From a virus (Duplodnaviria > Caudoviricetes), in IMG/VR virus record IMGVR_UViG_3300031787_000166, positions 1-53,104 of that record: a stretch of 53,104 nt of DNA, one strand, 5' to 3'. Of the stretch, positions 8,616 to 17,045 are shown piece by piece. Under the pieces are notes generated by a model that made no database searches, was not told where the DNA came from, and was given only the letters and a program-made list of their open reading frames with translations. A program made the translations under genes and the position numbers. Every line of letters begins with the position of its first letter. Positions within the stretch are counted from its first letter, which is position 1.

Positions 8616-8812
8616 GTGATCTTGAGCTTTTTGAGTTGTGGCAAAACCACTACATCTCACTCTGGAGTGATGGAGAAATTGGCGTGTCAGATGGTGTTGG
8701 ATTTGTCGGAACAGTTGATGCAACAGAAACTCGTAAACTTTATGAAGCACTTCGTAGATATTACGGAGATGACAAACTTGACAGCGAACCCGCTAAAGGG
8801 GGTGGCGCGTGA
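8599..8812 (+). repeat. 17-bp gene-junction direct repeat (8599-8615 and 8796-8812)
   Basis: AAGGGGGTGGCGCGTGA, exact in both copies. Confidence 0.9.
8612..8812 (+). CDS. AT-rich hypothetical protein (mosaic cassette 4)
   Basis: GTGA-coupled at both ends; flanked by 17-bp direct repeats. Confidence 0.65.
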   Translation: MSDLELFELWQNHYISLWSDGEIGVSDGVGFVGTVDATETRKLYEALRRYYGDDKLDSEPAKGGGA

Positions 8813-9462
8813 TCCTACCGCTGTTCCCGTCGCATCCCGAGTGCAGGTCGTGCGACAGGTGGCAGGAGGCGTCGTGCAATCCGGGGATCCCCACCGAAGG
8901 GATCGGGGACCCCGGGCTGCCGGCCCTCGTCGTGGTCGGCGCATCGCCCGGCTACCACGAGCACCGCTCGAACGCCCCCTTCAGGGGCGCGGCCGGCCGC
9001 CTCCTTCGTGACGTGATGCTTGCCGAACTTTCCAACTTGTGTACTATCTACCTGACCAACCTCGTGCGTTGCGGCCGCGAGCCCGACGCCAAATCCAAGC
9101 ACTACAAATCCTGCTTCCCCCACCACTCATCCGACCTTCGTGCCATCCTCGATACCCCCCATCCCGCCCACTACGTCCTGCTCCTGGGTGCGCCGGCCAC
9201 CGTCCAGTTCCACCGCCTGCACCTCGGCCTCAAGCTGCGCCACGCCGACGCGATCGCGCAGAACGGCCGGCACCACACCGTCCTCGGCCGCTCGGTCCCC
9301 GTCTTCACGACGCTGCACCCCGGCGCCATCCTGCTCAACAACTCCCTGATCCACAACGTCGAGGACCATGTCGACCTCCTCATCTCCACCATCCGCGGCC
9401 ACGCCCCGTCCCCGACCGAACCCGACATCCAGCCGGCCCGATCCCCGCACCATCTCCCTTGA
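8809..9462 (+). CDS. Uracil-DNA glycosylase family 4-like domain (SPO1 polymerase N-terminal type)
   Basis: CRSC, VVVGASPG..E...PFRGAAG.LL, YLTNLVRC, LLLGA.A, TLHPGA. Confidence 0.85.
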   Translation: MILPLFPSHPECRSCDRWQEASCNPGIPTEGIGDPGLPALVVVGASPGYHEHRSNAPFRGAAGRLLRDVMLAELSNLCTIYLTNLVRCGREPDAKSKHYKSCFPHHSSDLRAILDTPHPAHYVLLLGAPATVQFHRLHLGLKLRHADAIAQNGRHHTVLGRSVPVFTTLHPGAILLNNSLIHNVEDHVDLLISTIRGHAPSPTEPDIQPARSPHHLP

Positions 9463-11434
9463 CATCGAGACCTATGGCATCACACGATTCACCCCCACTG
9501 GGCGGCTCTTGCCCGAGCAGACCGTCTTCCACCCCGCCCGCTCCACGGATTCCGATGGGGTACTACGTGGTGACCTCATCGCCACCGTCGCTGTTACCGT
9601 TGCCCGAGCCGACGGTCCTCTTCATACCCTTGAGCCCGGCCCAACGTTCATTTTTGAAATGGGTAAGGCGTCCGCCCGATCCCACCTGGCCCGATGGCTC
9701 TCGCATGCTCAGGTCATCCTGGGAATGAACCTGCAGTTCGACCTGCTCTACCTCCGCTCCCAGCCCGACTTCCGATTCCACCTTCATTCGCAGACGCTGA
9801 TCGACCTCTCGGTCCTCAACTACCTGCACTCCGAGCTGCGCCCCGAGCGGTCGCTCAAGGCGCTCGGTCCCGTGCTCGGCACCCACGCCTACCCCAAGGA
9901 GCAGCTCGACCGCAGCCGGCGCTACAAGGACGCGCGATCGCCCGAGCTTCACCGCTACAACGCGGCCGACACCCACAACACCCTCCTCGCATGCGCCGAG
10001 CTGGCGCGCCGCATCCGCGCCGACTACCCCGGCACGGCCAAGCTCTCGCCCGAGTGCATCGCCCACTACTCCGACACCATCTGGACCGTGATCCGCATGT
10101 CCGAGGCCGGCGTCCCCATGTCCGTGCCGCGGCTCGAGGAACTGGAGCGCCGCCTCTCCGCCGAGCTCTCCGACCTGTCCACCCAGGGCCTGGTCCACGG
10201 CCTCGTGCTCGAGGGCCCGGGCTCCACCGCCTCCAAGAAATCCCTCATGGAGAAGGCCTGCCTCCACGTCGAGGAGCACCACGACCCGTCCATCCGGTCG
10301 CACCACCTGTTCCAGCTCACCGACAAGAAGCGCGAGATCGCCGTCAACGACGTGAACCGCCAGCTCTTCCTCTCGTTCCCGCTGCCCGAGACCCTCGCCG
10401 CCCCACTCCAAATCCTCGGGCGCCACTCGTCCGTGCAGAAGCTCATCTCCTCGTACACCTGCCCGCTCCTCCGCCACCGCCGCACCGACCCGGACGACCG
10501 CTCCTCCCGCCTCGTGCGCCGACCCAACTCTCCAGTGGGGGTCTCCTATCCCACGTGGTTCGTCACCCCCACTGCCTCGAAGGACGGGTCCGGCGCCGAG
10601 GGCGGCACCCTGCAGGGGCGCATCACCTGCAAGAACTTCCGGCACCAGACCGATCCCGACGAGATCAAGGAGTGCTACGCCAGCCGCTGGCCGCGCGGGC
10701 ACATCGTCGGCTACGACCTGTCGCAGATCGAGATGGTGGTGGCCGGCCTCCTGTCCGGCGACGACGCCCTCTGCTCCGCCTTCTGCGCCGACCCGCCGCT
10801 CGACCTGCACACGGCGCGCGCGACCCAGGTCTTCGGCCCCGCCATCAAGGACGACCCCGACTTCAAGAAGGTGTACCGCCAGGCGTCGAAGGGCGCCAAC
10901 TTCGGGGACCTCTTCCGCGCCGGGGCCCAGACCCTGCAGACCCAGGTGTTCAAGCAGACCGGAGTAGTGATCCCGCTTTCACTGTGCGAGAACATCGTGA
11001 AGACTCGCCCCCTCGTGCGGCCCGGACTGTGGGCGTGGCAGCAGGAGCTGATCCGGTCGACCCGGGAGCGCGGCTACCTCGAGCTCCCGTTCATCGGCCA
11101 GTCCCGGCGCTTCATGGGCGGCGACGCCTACGACATCTCCGAGATCGTGAACATGCCTGTCCAGTGCACGGCGGGCAACGTGCTGCTCCGCATCCAGCAC
11201 CGGCTGGATCGCACCCTTCCCTCGATCAATGCGGCGGCGCCCGACATCCTCATGTTCCTCAACGTGTACGACGCGATCTACTTCGACTGCCGCGACGACC
11301 CCGCCGTCGAGCGCCTCGACGTCCTCTTCCGTGACGCCTTCACCTACGTGACAACGGAGGGCTACTGGGCTAGACTGTGCGCACTTCACTCCCGAACCAT
11401 CCCGATACGCTATGAGCGCACCATCTACACCTGA
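9368..11434 (+). CDS. polA: Family A DNA polymerase with 3'-5' exonuclease; true start uncertain
   Basis: ExoI LDIET, ExoII NLQFDL, ExoIII YNAAD; TLQGRIT; motif A DLSQIE; motif B RQASKGANFG; N.PVQ.TA; motif C VYDA. Confidence 0.93.
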   Translation: MSTSSSPPSAATPRPRPNPTSSRPDPRTISLDIETYGITRFTPTGRLLPEQTVFHPARSTDSDGVLRGDLIATVAVTVARADGPLHTLEPGPTFIFEMGKASARSHLARWLSHAQVILGMNLQFDLLYLRSQPDFRFHLHSQTLIDLSVLNYLHSELRPERSLKALGPVLGTHAYPKEQLDRSRRYKDARSPELHRYNAADTHNTLLACAELARRIRADYPGTAKLSPECIAHYSDTIWTVIRMSEAGVPMSVPRLEELERRLSAELSDLSTQGLVHGLVLEGPGSTASKKSLMEKACLHVEEHHDPSIRSHHLFQLTDKKREIAVNDVNRQLFLSFPLPETLAAPLQILGRHSSVQKLISSYTCPLLRHRRTDPDDRSSRLVRRPNSPVGVSYPTWFVTPTASKDGSGAEGGTLQGRITCKNFRHQTDPDEIKECYASRWPRGHIVGYDLSQIEMVVAGLLSGDDALCSAFCADPPLDLHTARATQVFGPAIKDDPDFKKVYRQASKGANFGDLFRAGAQTLQTQVFKQTGVVIPLSLCENIVKTRPLVRPGLWAWQQELIRSTRERGYLELPFIGQSRRFMGGDAYDISEIVNMPVQCTAGNVLLRIQHRLDRTLPSINAAAPDILMFLNVYDAIYFDCRDDPAVERLDVLFRDAFTYVTTEGYWARLCALHSRTIPIRYERTIYT

Positions 11435-11437
11435 CCC

Positions 11438-11737
11438 ATGCCTAAGATCCCTGACAACCACCGCAAGGTCATCGCACTGCTTCGCCGCGGGCACAACGCA
11501 GCCGAGGTAGCCGAGCACGTAGGCCTGTCCCGCAAGCGCGTGTTCGACCTCGCGCGCCGGCACACCCTGCCCACCAACCCGCACGTCAAGCCGAACGGCC
11601 GGATCGAGAAGCAGATCGTTCGCGCCTCCCGGGTCCTCACCATCCCCGAGATCTCGGCCGCCTTCCGTCTCGCCGAACCCCGTGTCCGCGAGATCCTCAC
11701 CCGGATCGACCGCCAGACCAAGGCCGCCCTCGCTTGA
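11438..11737 (+). CDS. Helix-turn-helix DNA-binding protein (two HTH-like units)
   Basis: NAAEVAEHVGLSRKRV; TIPEISAAFRLAEPRVREIL. Confidence 0.75.
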   Translation: MPKIPDNHRKVIALLRRGHNAAEVAEHVGLSRKRVFDLARRHTLPTNPHVKPNGRIEKQIVRASRVLTIPEISAAFRLAEPRVREILTRIDRQTKAALA

Positions 11738-12282
11738 AGCGCAGCTGGACCATCCTCCAGGACGACCGGGAAAAGACCCCCCTCCTCTTCCCGGCCAACA
11801 TGGTCATGCTCGACGACGCCCACATCCCTTGCGATCGCCGGTCCTGCACCATTTCACTTACGGTCACCAAGAAACGCTTACCAACCGGCGACTACGCCCT
11901 AGAAGGCTTTGAGTCCAAGGTCTTGATCGAGCGCAAGAAGGACCTGCCCGAGCTCTTCGCGAACCTGCTGACCCCCACTGGTCGCGAGCGATTCGTCAAG
12001 GCCTGCGACCGGCTGAGATCGGAATGCACCCATCCGATACTCATTCTCGAAGGGACCGTCGGCCACCTGGTCAGGATGGCCAAGCCTCGACTCGACGTGG
12101 ATCCATGGCTGGTGGTCGACGCCCTTCACCGAATCTGCCTTGAACGCCGCATCCAAATCCTCTACCTTCCCGCAGCAACCCCCGACCAGCGCCGATCAGT
12201 GGGGGAGGAAGTCGCAAGACTGCTGATCAACGGAGCGATCACCCATGCCGAACCGCCCTCTCCAAACGTTCCGAGCAGTTGA
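11734..12282 (+). CDS. ERCC4/XPF-family structure-specific nuclease
   Basis: LPTGDY...LIERKKDLPEL...LILEG. Confidence 0.85.
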   Translation: MKRSWTILQDDREKTPLLFPANMVMLDDAHIPCDRRSCTISLTVTKKRLPTGDYALEGFESKVLIERKKDLPELFANLLTPTGRERFVKACDRLRSECTHPILILEGTVGHLVRMAKPRLDVDPWLVVDALHRICLERRIQILYLPAATPDQRRSVGEEVARLLINGAITHAEPPSPNVPSS

Positions 12283-13102
12283 GCCTGCGCACTTCGGCTT
12301 CGCGGCCGGAGCCACCCTCGCTTCCCAGCCCTTCGTCCTGTACCACGAGCAGTCGACGGCGGTGGTGGGCGCGGGCTCCGCCGGAACCAACGTGGCCGCC
12401 ACGTTCCTCTCGACGTTCGCGGCCAACCGGTTCCAGCCGTGGCTATGGCGGGACAACGACTCGTGCTACCCGGTCGAGGTGCCCAATGCCTACGACCGCA
12501 TCCACATCTGGCCGCTCTTCATCGTCTCGTCCTCGAACTCGGCCAACGCTCCGTCGACCCTGACGTTCGGCACCCTGACCAGCTACGCGGCTCCGTTCAT
12601 CATGCCCTTCGGCCTGGCCCCGCAGACGCGCGGCTTCACGACGAGCAACCGGTTGAACCCCGACTTCGCCCGCCTGCCCGACGACATCCTTGCCGCGGCG
12701 AGCCTCGTCTCCTCGTTCAACTCCCGCGCGAACGGACTGTGGAACGCGCTCCCACCCTACGCCTCGAACTTCTCGACGTCGAACGGCCTGATGGCCGTCG
12801 GCTCGGCCACGAACCCGACCTCGTTCGGGCGCGCGACCACCGGCACCGGCCTCGGCTACGCCCTGCCGGACGACTTCTCGATCTCGAACGGCGGCACGGG
12901 CGCCCTCTCCGAATCGGCGGCCCAGTACGCCACGGGCGGCCAAGTCCTGATCGGGATGGGCCACGACTTCCAGACGCTTGGTGCCGAAGAGATCGTGGTC
13001 GCGCCCGGCGCCTCCCCCGCCAACATCACGTTCAACCACCCGGGAACCAACGGCGCCAGCTACCGGGTCAACTACTTCCTAATGGGCACCTTCCTCGGAT
13101 GA
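12245..13102 (+). CDS. Hypothetical beta-rich protein, virion-like composition
   Basis: 285 aa, rich in A/S/T/G/N, no Lys. Confidence 0.7.
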   Translation: MPNRPLQTFRAVEPAHFGFAAGATLASQPFVLYHEQSTAVVGAGSAGTNVAATFLSTFAANRFQPWLWRDNDSCYPVEVPNAYDRIHIWPLFIVSSSNSANAPSTLTFGTLTSYAAPFIMPFGLAPQTRGFTTSNRLNPDFARLPDDILAAASLVSSFNSRANGLWNALPPYASNFSTSNGLMAVGSATNPTSFGRATTGTGLGYALPDDFSISNGGTGALSESAAQYATGGQVLIGMGHDFQTLGAEEIVVAPGASPANITFNHPGTNGASYRVNYFLMGTFLG

Positions 13103-13106
13103 CGCC

Positions 13107-13328
13107 ATGGACCCATCGCAGACCGCTACAATCCTCGGCGCCATCGTGGCCCTGATCACCATTTGCTCCACGATTCTCGGCGTCGGCTGGAAGCTCGGCC
13201 AGATCGCCTCGGGCATCAGGATCGAGATCGCCGAGATCAAGGGCATCCTCGCCGTGTCGGCGGAACGCATCTCGCAAATCGAACGGCGCGTCGAGCGCCT
13301 CGAGAAGAACCAAGGAGAAACCCAATGA
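13107..13328 (+). CDS. Membrane protein, one TM plus coiled coil (holin/antiholin-like)
   Basis: ILGAIVALITICSTILGVGW then heptad repeats. Confidence 0.6.
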   Translation: MDPSQTATILGAIVALITICSTILGVGWKLGQIASGIRIEIAEIKGILAVSAERISQIERRVERLEKNQGETQ

Positions 13329-13531
13329 AGATCAAGAGTTGGAAGACCACCGCCGCGGGCGCCGCGGCCATCATCATCGCCATCGCCTCGCTCGTGCAGG
13401 CTCAGTTCGACGGCGACCCGAACACCGTCCCCAACTTCGAGGTCGCGTTCTCCGCGGTCATGGCCGGACTCGTCGGCTTGTTCGCGCGCGACAACGACGT
13501 GACGTCCGAGCAGGCGGGCGTGGTCAAGTGA
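13325..13531 (+). CDS. Putative holin (2 TM)
   Basis: KSWKTTAAG...GLVGLFARD; AAGGAG SD. Confidence 0.65.
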   Translation: MKIKSWKTTAAGAAAIIIAIASLVQAQFDGDPNTVPNFEVAFSAVMAGLVGLFARDNDVTSEQAGVVK

Positions 13532-13532
13532 C

Positions 13533-13727
13533 ATGCTCGAGTTCTTCACCGGACTCTTCACGGCGCTCCTCCGTTTCCTTCAAGGTCTCGCTGAGAGACC
13601 GGCTCGTGCCGTGGATTCTCCTGTGGACCGTCGTCTTCTGCGTCGCGGTGGTCGTCGCATCTCTGAGTGGCTGCGCGGCAAGGGCGGTGCTGGTCCCGGA
13701 GGCGGCGCCGGTACGGCTGGGTCCTGA
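13533..13727 (+). CDS. Small N-terminally hydrophobic protein (i-spanin-like position)
   Basis: MLEFFTGLFTALLRFL; overlaps the lipoprotein gene in another frame. Confidence 0.5.
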   Translation: MLEFFTGLFTALLRFLQGLAERPARAVDSPVDRRLLRRGGRRISEWLRGKGGAGPGGGAGTAGS

Positions 13728-13842
13728 CGTCCGCGGGCGCGTGTACGTCCGCGTCGACGGCGAGTGGATCCTGTCCGACAACCGCGTCCGCCTCAACGAG
13801 GGCTGGTACCTCGTGCCCCCTAGCTTCGTCGAAGAGGAATGA
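13606..13842 (+). CDS. Lipoprotein (o-spanin-like)
   Basis: Hydrophobic signal plus lipobox LSG-C; starts inside the upstream gene. Confidence 0.55.
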   Translation: MPWILLWTVVFCVAVVVASLSGCAARAVLVPEAAPVRLGPDVRGRVYVRVDGEWILSDNRVRLNEGWYLVPPSFVEEE

Positions 13843-13849
13843 GGCGGAT

Positions 13850-14359
13850 GTGCTCAACCGCAGCCGTGATCCCCGGGACCACGTAGGGTTCCTCACGCTG
13901 TGGGTGGGAGAGGCGCACCGAGCGCAGCGGTTCCCCAAGTGGGAGCGCGACGAGCTGCTGTCCGAAGCCTACATCCAGGCCGACCGCCTGCTCACCTCGG
14001 TCTACGACCCCGAGCGATCGACCGTCGTCACGTTCCTCAAGCGCTTCCTGCCCGGCGCCGTGCACTACCGCTACTGGACCTCGAACGGATTCCGTTTCAC
14101 CCCCACTGGTCCCCGCTTGAAACTGCACGTTACATCTGATACACTTTGTGAAGTGGTGGCCCCGTCGCCGCCGCCCTCCTCGTTCCAGCTGCCCGACCTG
14201 AGCGAGGAGGAATGGATCATCGTCAGGCTCAGGCTCGATGGATACACCATGTCGCGGATCGCATCCGTGCTGGGGCTGCGTTCGCCCCAGTCCATCTACA
14301 ACAGGATCGTCAAGATCAAGGACAAGTTTCATGGAGAATCCCACACCGATGCCGGTTGA
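13850..14359 (+). CDS. Sigma-70/ECF-like transcription factor
   Basis: DELLSEAYI...YDPERST (region 2-like); LSEEEWIIVRLR.DGYTMSRIASVLG (region 4 HTH). Confidence 0.75.
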   Translation: MLNRSRDPRDHVGFLTLWVGEAHRAQRFPKWERDELLSEAYIQADRLLTSVYDPERSTVVTFLKRFLPGAVHYRYWTSNGFRFTPTGPRLKLHVTSDTLCEVVAPSPPPSSFQLPDLSEEEWIIVRLRLDGYTMSRIASVLGLRSPQSIYNRIVKIKDKFHGESHTDAG

Positions 14360-15746
14360 CCACGGAAGGTCGGCCCGCCTCTACCTCGAGACGGAGGGCC
14401 TCGTCGCCCGCATCCCGTCCATCCGTTCGTCCGACTACTCGTCCGCCCTGTCCGACCCGTTCGGCTACTACCTCCGCCGCCGGCTCGGGCTCACGCCCGC
14501 GCTCATGTACTCGGAGGCCCTCTCGCGGGGCTCATACTTCCACACGCTCTTCGCGCTCTACGACCGCGACGACCGATGGAAGATGTTCCGTGCGCAGTGC
14601 GCGTCCCGTCTCGAGGAACTCAACACCCTGTGCCGCGACCTCTCGTTCACCGAGGCCACCCGCGCCGAGGCGGTGCAGAACGAGCAGATCGACCAGGCGA
14701 CGGCGGCCGCATGGTTCGCCGCGTTCGAGAACCTGCCCTGCCTCGACGGCGGGTCCGCGGCCAAGTGGCTCTTGGGCTACGAGAAGCTGGGCGCCGAGCT
14801 CCGCTTCACGTGGGTGGACGAGCGCACGCCCAAGACCCGTCAGGTCGCGCAGTTCGACCTGCTCCTCCTCAACCGCGACACCAACACCCTGTGGATCGTG
14901 GACGCGAAGACGACCGCCTCGCCCCCACTGATCCGGCTGGCCACGGTCAAGCACGAGTTCCAGACGCAGCACTACCTTCACGCGCTCGAGTGGTTCCTGC
15001 AGCGCGGGCTCCTGCACAAGAGGTACCCGACCCTGCCCAAGAACGTGCGCATCGGCGGCATGATGCACGTCGCCGTGCTCAAGCCCTCGATCCAGTTCGG
15101 GCAGTCCGACCGCGACTTCCACTGGGAATCCGAAGGCAAGCGCACTGGCGTGGCCGGCCGCATCATCCGCACCCCTGTCAACCTGCGCGACCAGGGCACA
15201 CACGTGATCCAGTGGACGGCGAACCAGCCCTACGCCGAGCCGTTCTGCGGCACCGTCGACGAGTGCCTCGCCGAACTGCACGAGCGCACGGGCAAGAAGC
15301 CGGAGAAAGCGTACACCGGCGAACCCTCGCTTCACAACTTTACAAGTCGGTGTCTCCGATGGTACAAGGGCGAGGCCGAGTACATCGACCGGGCGCCCGA
15401 CTTCGTCAACGATCCCCCCATCAACATTTCCTACACGCATGCGTCGGTCATGCTTGACAGGGACTGGCGCAACGACTATCTTTCCCGTGTTGCCATGATC
15501 TACAACTTGGCAACCCTTGAGGCAAACCCATGCAACTTCCTGAAGAACATCGACTCGATCCGAATGGGCGCCAAGCTGGCGCAGTACAGTCCCTTCTACC
15601 TGACGGAGCCGAAGGAGTGGCCGGCGCTGGTGAACAGCAGGCAGTTCCTCGTGGCGCATCGCGACGCCGGCGATCTTCCGGCGATTCCGGAACCGCACGA
15701 GTTCGACGGTCTCGTGGAAAGTCTCGAACCCGCGCCCCAAGTCTGA
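14331..15746 (+). CDS. PD-(D/E)XK exonuclease (RecB/Cas4-like)
   Basis: SSDY...DPFGYY, GSYFH, AQFDLL...WIVDAKT, QTQHY. Confidence 0.8.
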   Translation: MENPTPMPVDHGRSARLYLETEGLVARIPSIRSSDYSSALSDPFGYYLRRRLGLTPALMYSEALSRGSYFHTLFALYDRDDRWKMFRAQCASRLEELNTLCRDLSFTEATRAEAVQNEQIDQATAAAWFAAFENLPCLDGGSAAKWLLGYEKLGAELRFTWVDERTPKTRQVAQFDLLLLNRDTNTLWIVDAKTTASPPLIRLATVKHEFQTQHYLHALEWFLQRGLLHKRYPTLPKNVRIGGMMHVAVLKPSIQFGQSDRDFHWESEGKRTGVAGRIIRTPVNLRDQGTHVIQWTANQPYAEPFCGTVDECLAELHERTGKKPEKAYTGEPSLHNFTSRCLRWYKGEAEYIDRAPDFVNDPPINISYTHASVMLDRDWRNDYLSRVAMIYNLATLEANPCNFLKNIDSIRMGAKLAQYSPFYLTEPKEWPALVNSRQFLVAHRDAGDLPAIPEPHEFDGLVESLEPAPQV

Positions 15747-16111
15747 TGTTCGAGGAGGAGTACATCCGCCTCGTCATCGGCCCCAAGCTGCTTCCGCTCT
15801 GTGCAAAGTGCTCGTCGATGCAAGAGGTCTGCTCGGAGTTCCGCGACCAGTGGGGGTTCACCCTCAACCGGACCCGCGCGCTCCGTTGGCTCGACGTCCT
15901 CGGCATCACCCCGAAGAAGCAGACGCTCTTCGTGGGTCTAGCACCGGTCGTCCCGCGCCCTGAGCCCGCGATGATCGACCTCGGGCCTGGCCCGGACACG
16001 TCCGCTCCTCCGATCGACGTTCCGGGTCAGACCCTCTTCCCGGGTTTCACGAACATGGCCCCGCCGGGCGGCATGTTCGCCAACGTTCCCATGCCCGGCT
16101 TCAGCGAGTAA
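15746..16111 (+). CDS. Hypothetical protein
   Basis: TGATG coupling; MFEEEYIRL... Confidence 0.65.
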   Translation: MFEEEYIRLVIGPKLLPLCAKCSSMQEVCSEFRDQWGFTLNRTRALRWLDVLGITPKKQTLFVGLAPVVPRPEPAMIDLGPGPDTSAPPIDVPGQTLFPGFTNMAPPGGMFANVPMPGFSE

Positions 16112-16120
16112 GGAGATCAG

Positions 16121-17017
16121 ATGTCCGTCACGATGCATGCAGGAAAGTTGCCGCAGCAGCGGTACCCGACCTTGGGGTTCCAAGGTGTGCGGATGGTCCA
16201 TCCGCCCGACAAGCTCTTCGGGCTCCTCTGCGGTCTGCCGGGAGAAGGCAAGTCGCAGTTCGCCCACTCGCACCCCGATGCCTGGGTGTGCAACATGGAC
16301 TCGACCTCGACCCTCGGCAATCCCCGCGCCATCATCTGGCCGGGCATCAACCCGCAGGGCCAGGCGATCGACGTCGACGGCCGCCCCCTCGTCCTCACGT
16401 GGGAGGCGGTCAAGGCGAAGCTCGACATCCTCGTCGCCCTCGCCAAGAACAACGAGCCACGTCCCGCCACCGTCATCTTCGATTCGCTTGGCACGTGGAT
16501 CCCCCTGCTCAAGGACTGGATCACGCGCTCGAACGACAAGGGCGACTGGCGAGACATGGACGGCCGGCGCGCGTGGGACCAGCTCTACGACATGGTGATC
16601 GACACGTGCCTCATGCTGCGCCGCTGCGGCTACGGCGTCTACATCATCTGCCATGTCGTGAACGCCAAGGTTCCGCTCGGCGACGACCGCTACGTGTTCA
16701 AGCCCGAGCTCACGATCACGGACGGGTTCTACAAGCGCCTGTACCCGCTGTTCGAGCTCGTCGCCGCGATCTCGTCCGAGTGGATCACGGAGCAGCGCGA
16801 GGTCGTGCAGCCACCGATTGTCAAGGATGGCAAGACCGTCACCTTGAAGCCGAAGGTGATCACCGAAAAGCGCAAGAAGCATCTCTTCGCGGTAGACTCC
16901 GAGACCCTCTCGGGCATCACGAAGCACCGCGTCAAGATGGCGGGAGAGTTCGAGCTCCCGGAAGAGAACGGCTGGGATGAGTTCGTCCGTCACTACACCA
17001 ACAATGCCAGCGCGTAA
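16121..17017 (+). CDS. AAA_24/Sak4-like P-loop ATPase (recombination)
   Basis: GLPGEGKS Walker A; VIFDS Walker B; lies between exonuclease and SSB-like gene. Confidence 0.8.
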   Translation: MSVTMHAGKLPQQRYPTLGFQGVRMVHPPDKLFGLLCGLPGEGKSQFAHSHPDAWVCNMDSTSTLGNPRAIIWPGINPQGQAIDVDGRPLVLTWEAVKAKLDILVALAKNNEPRPATVIFDSLGTWIPLLKDWITRSNDKGDWRDMDGRRAWDQLYDMVIDTCLMLRRCGYGVYIICHVVNAKVPLGDDRYVFKPELTITDGFYKRLYPLFELVAAISSEWITEQREVVQPPIVKDGKTVTLKPKVITEKRKKHLFAVDSETLSGITKHRVKMAGEFELPEENGWDEFVRHYTNNASA

Positions 17018-17045
17018 CGCTGGCTCATTTCACGGAGAGTAAGTC

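Noticed and set aside
9368-11434. Z-genome (DpoZ/PurZ) or other known modified-base pathway
   Set aside because: No PurZ, DatZ/MazZ, thymidylate synthase-like or deazaguanine genes recognised.
14331-15746. Cas4 as part of a CRISPR-Cas system
   Set aside because: No array or other cas genes; context is the exonuclease/ATPase/SSB recombination module.
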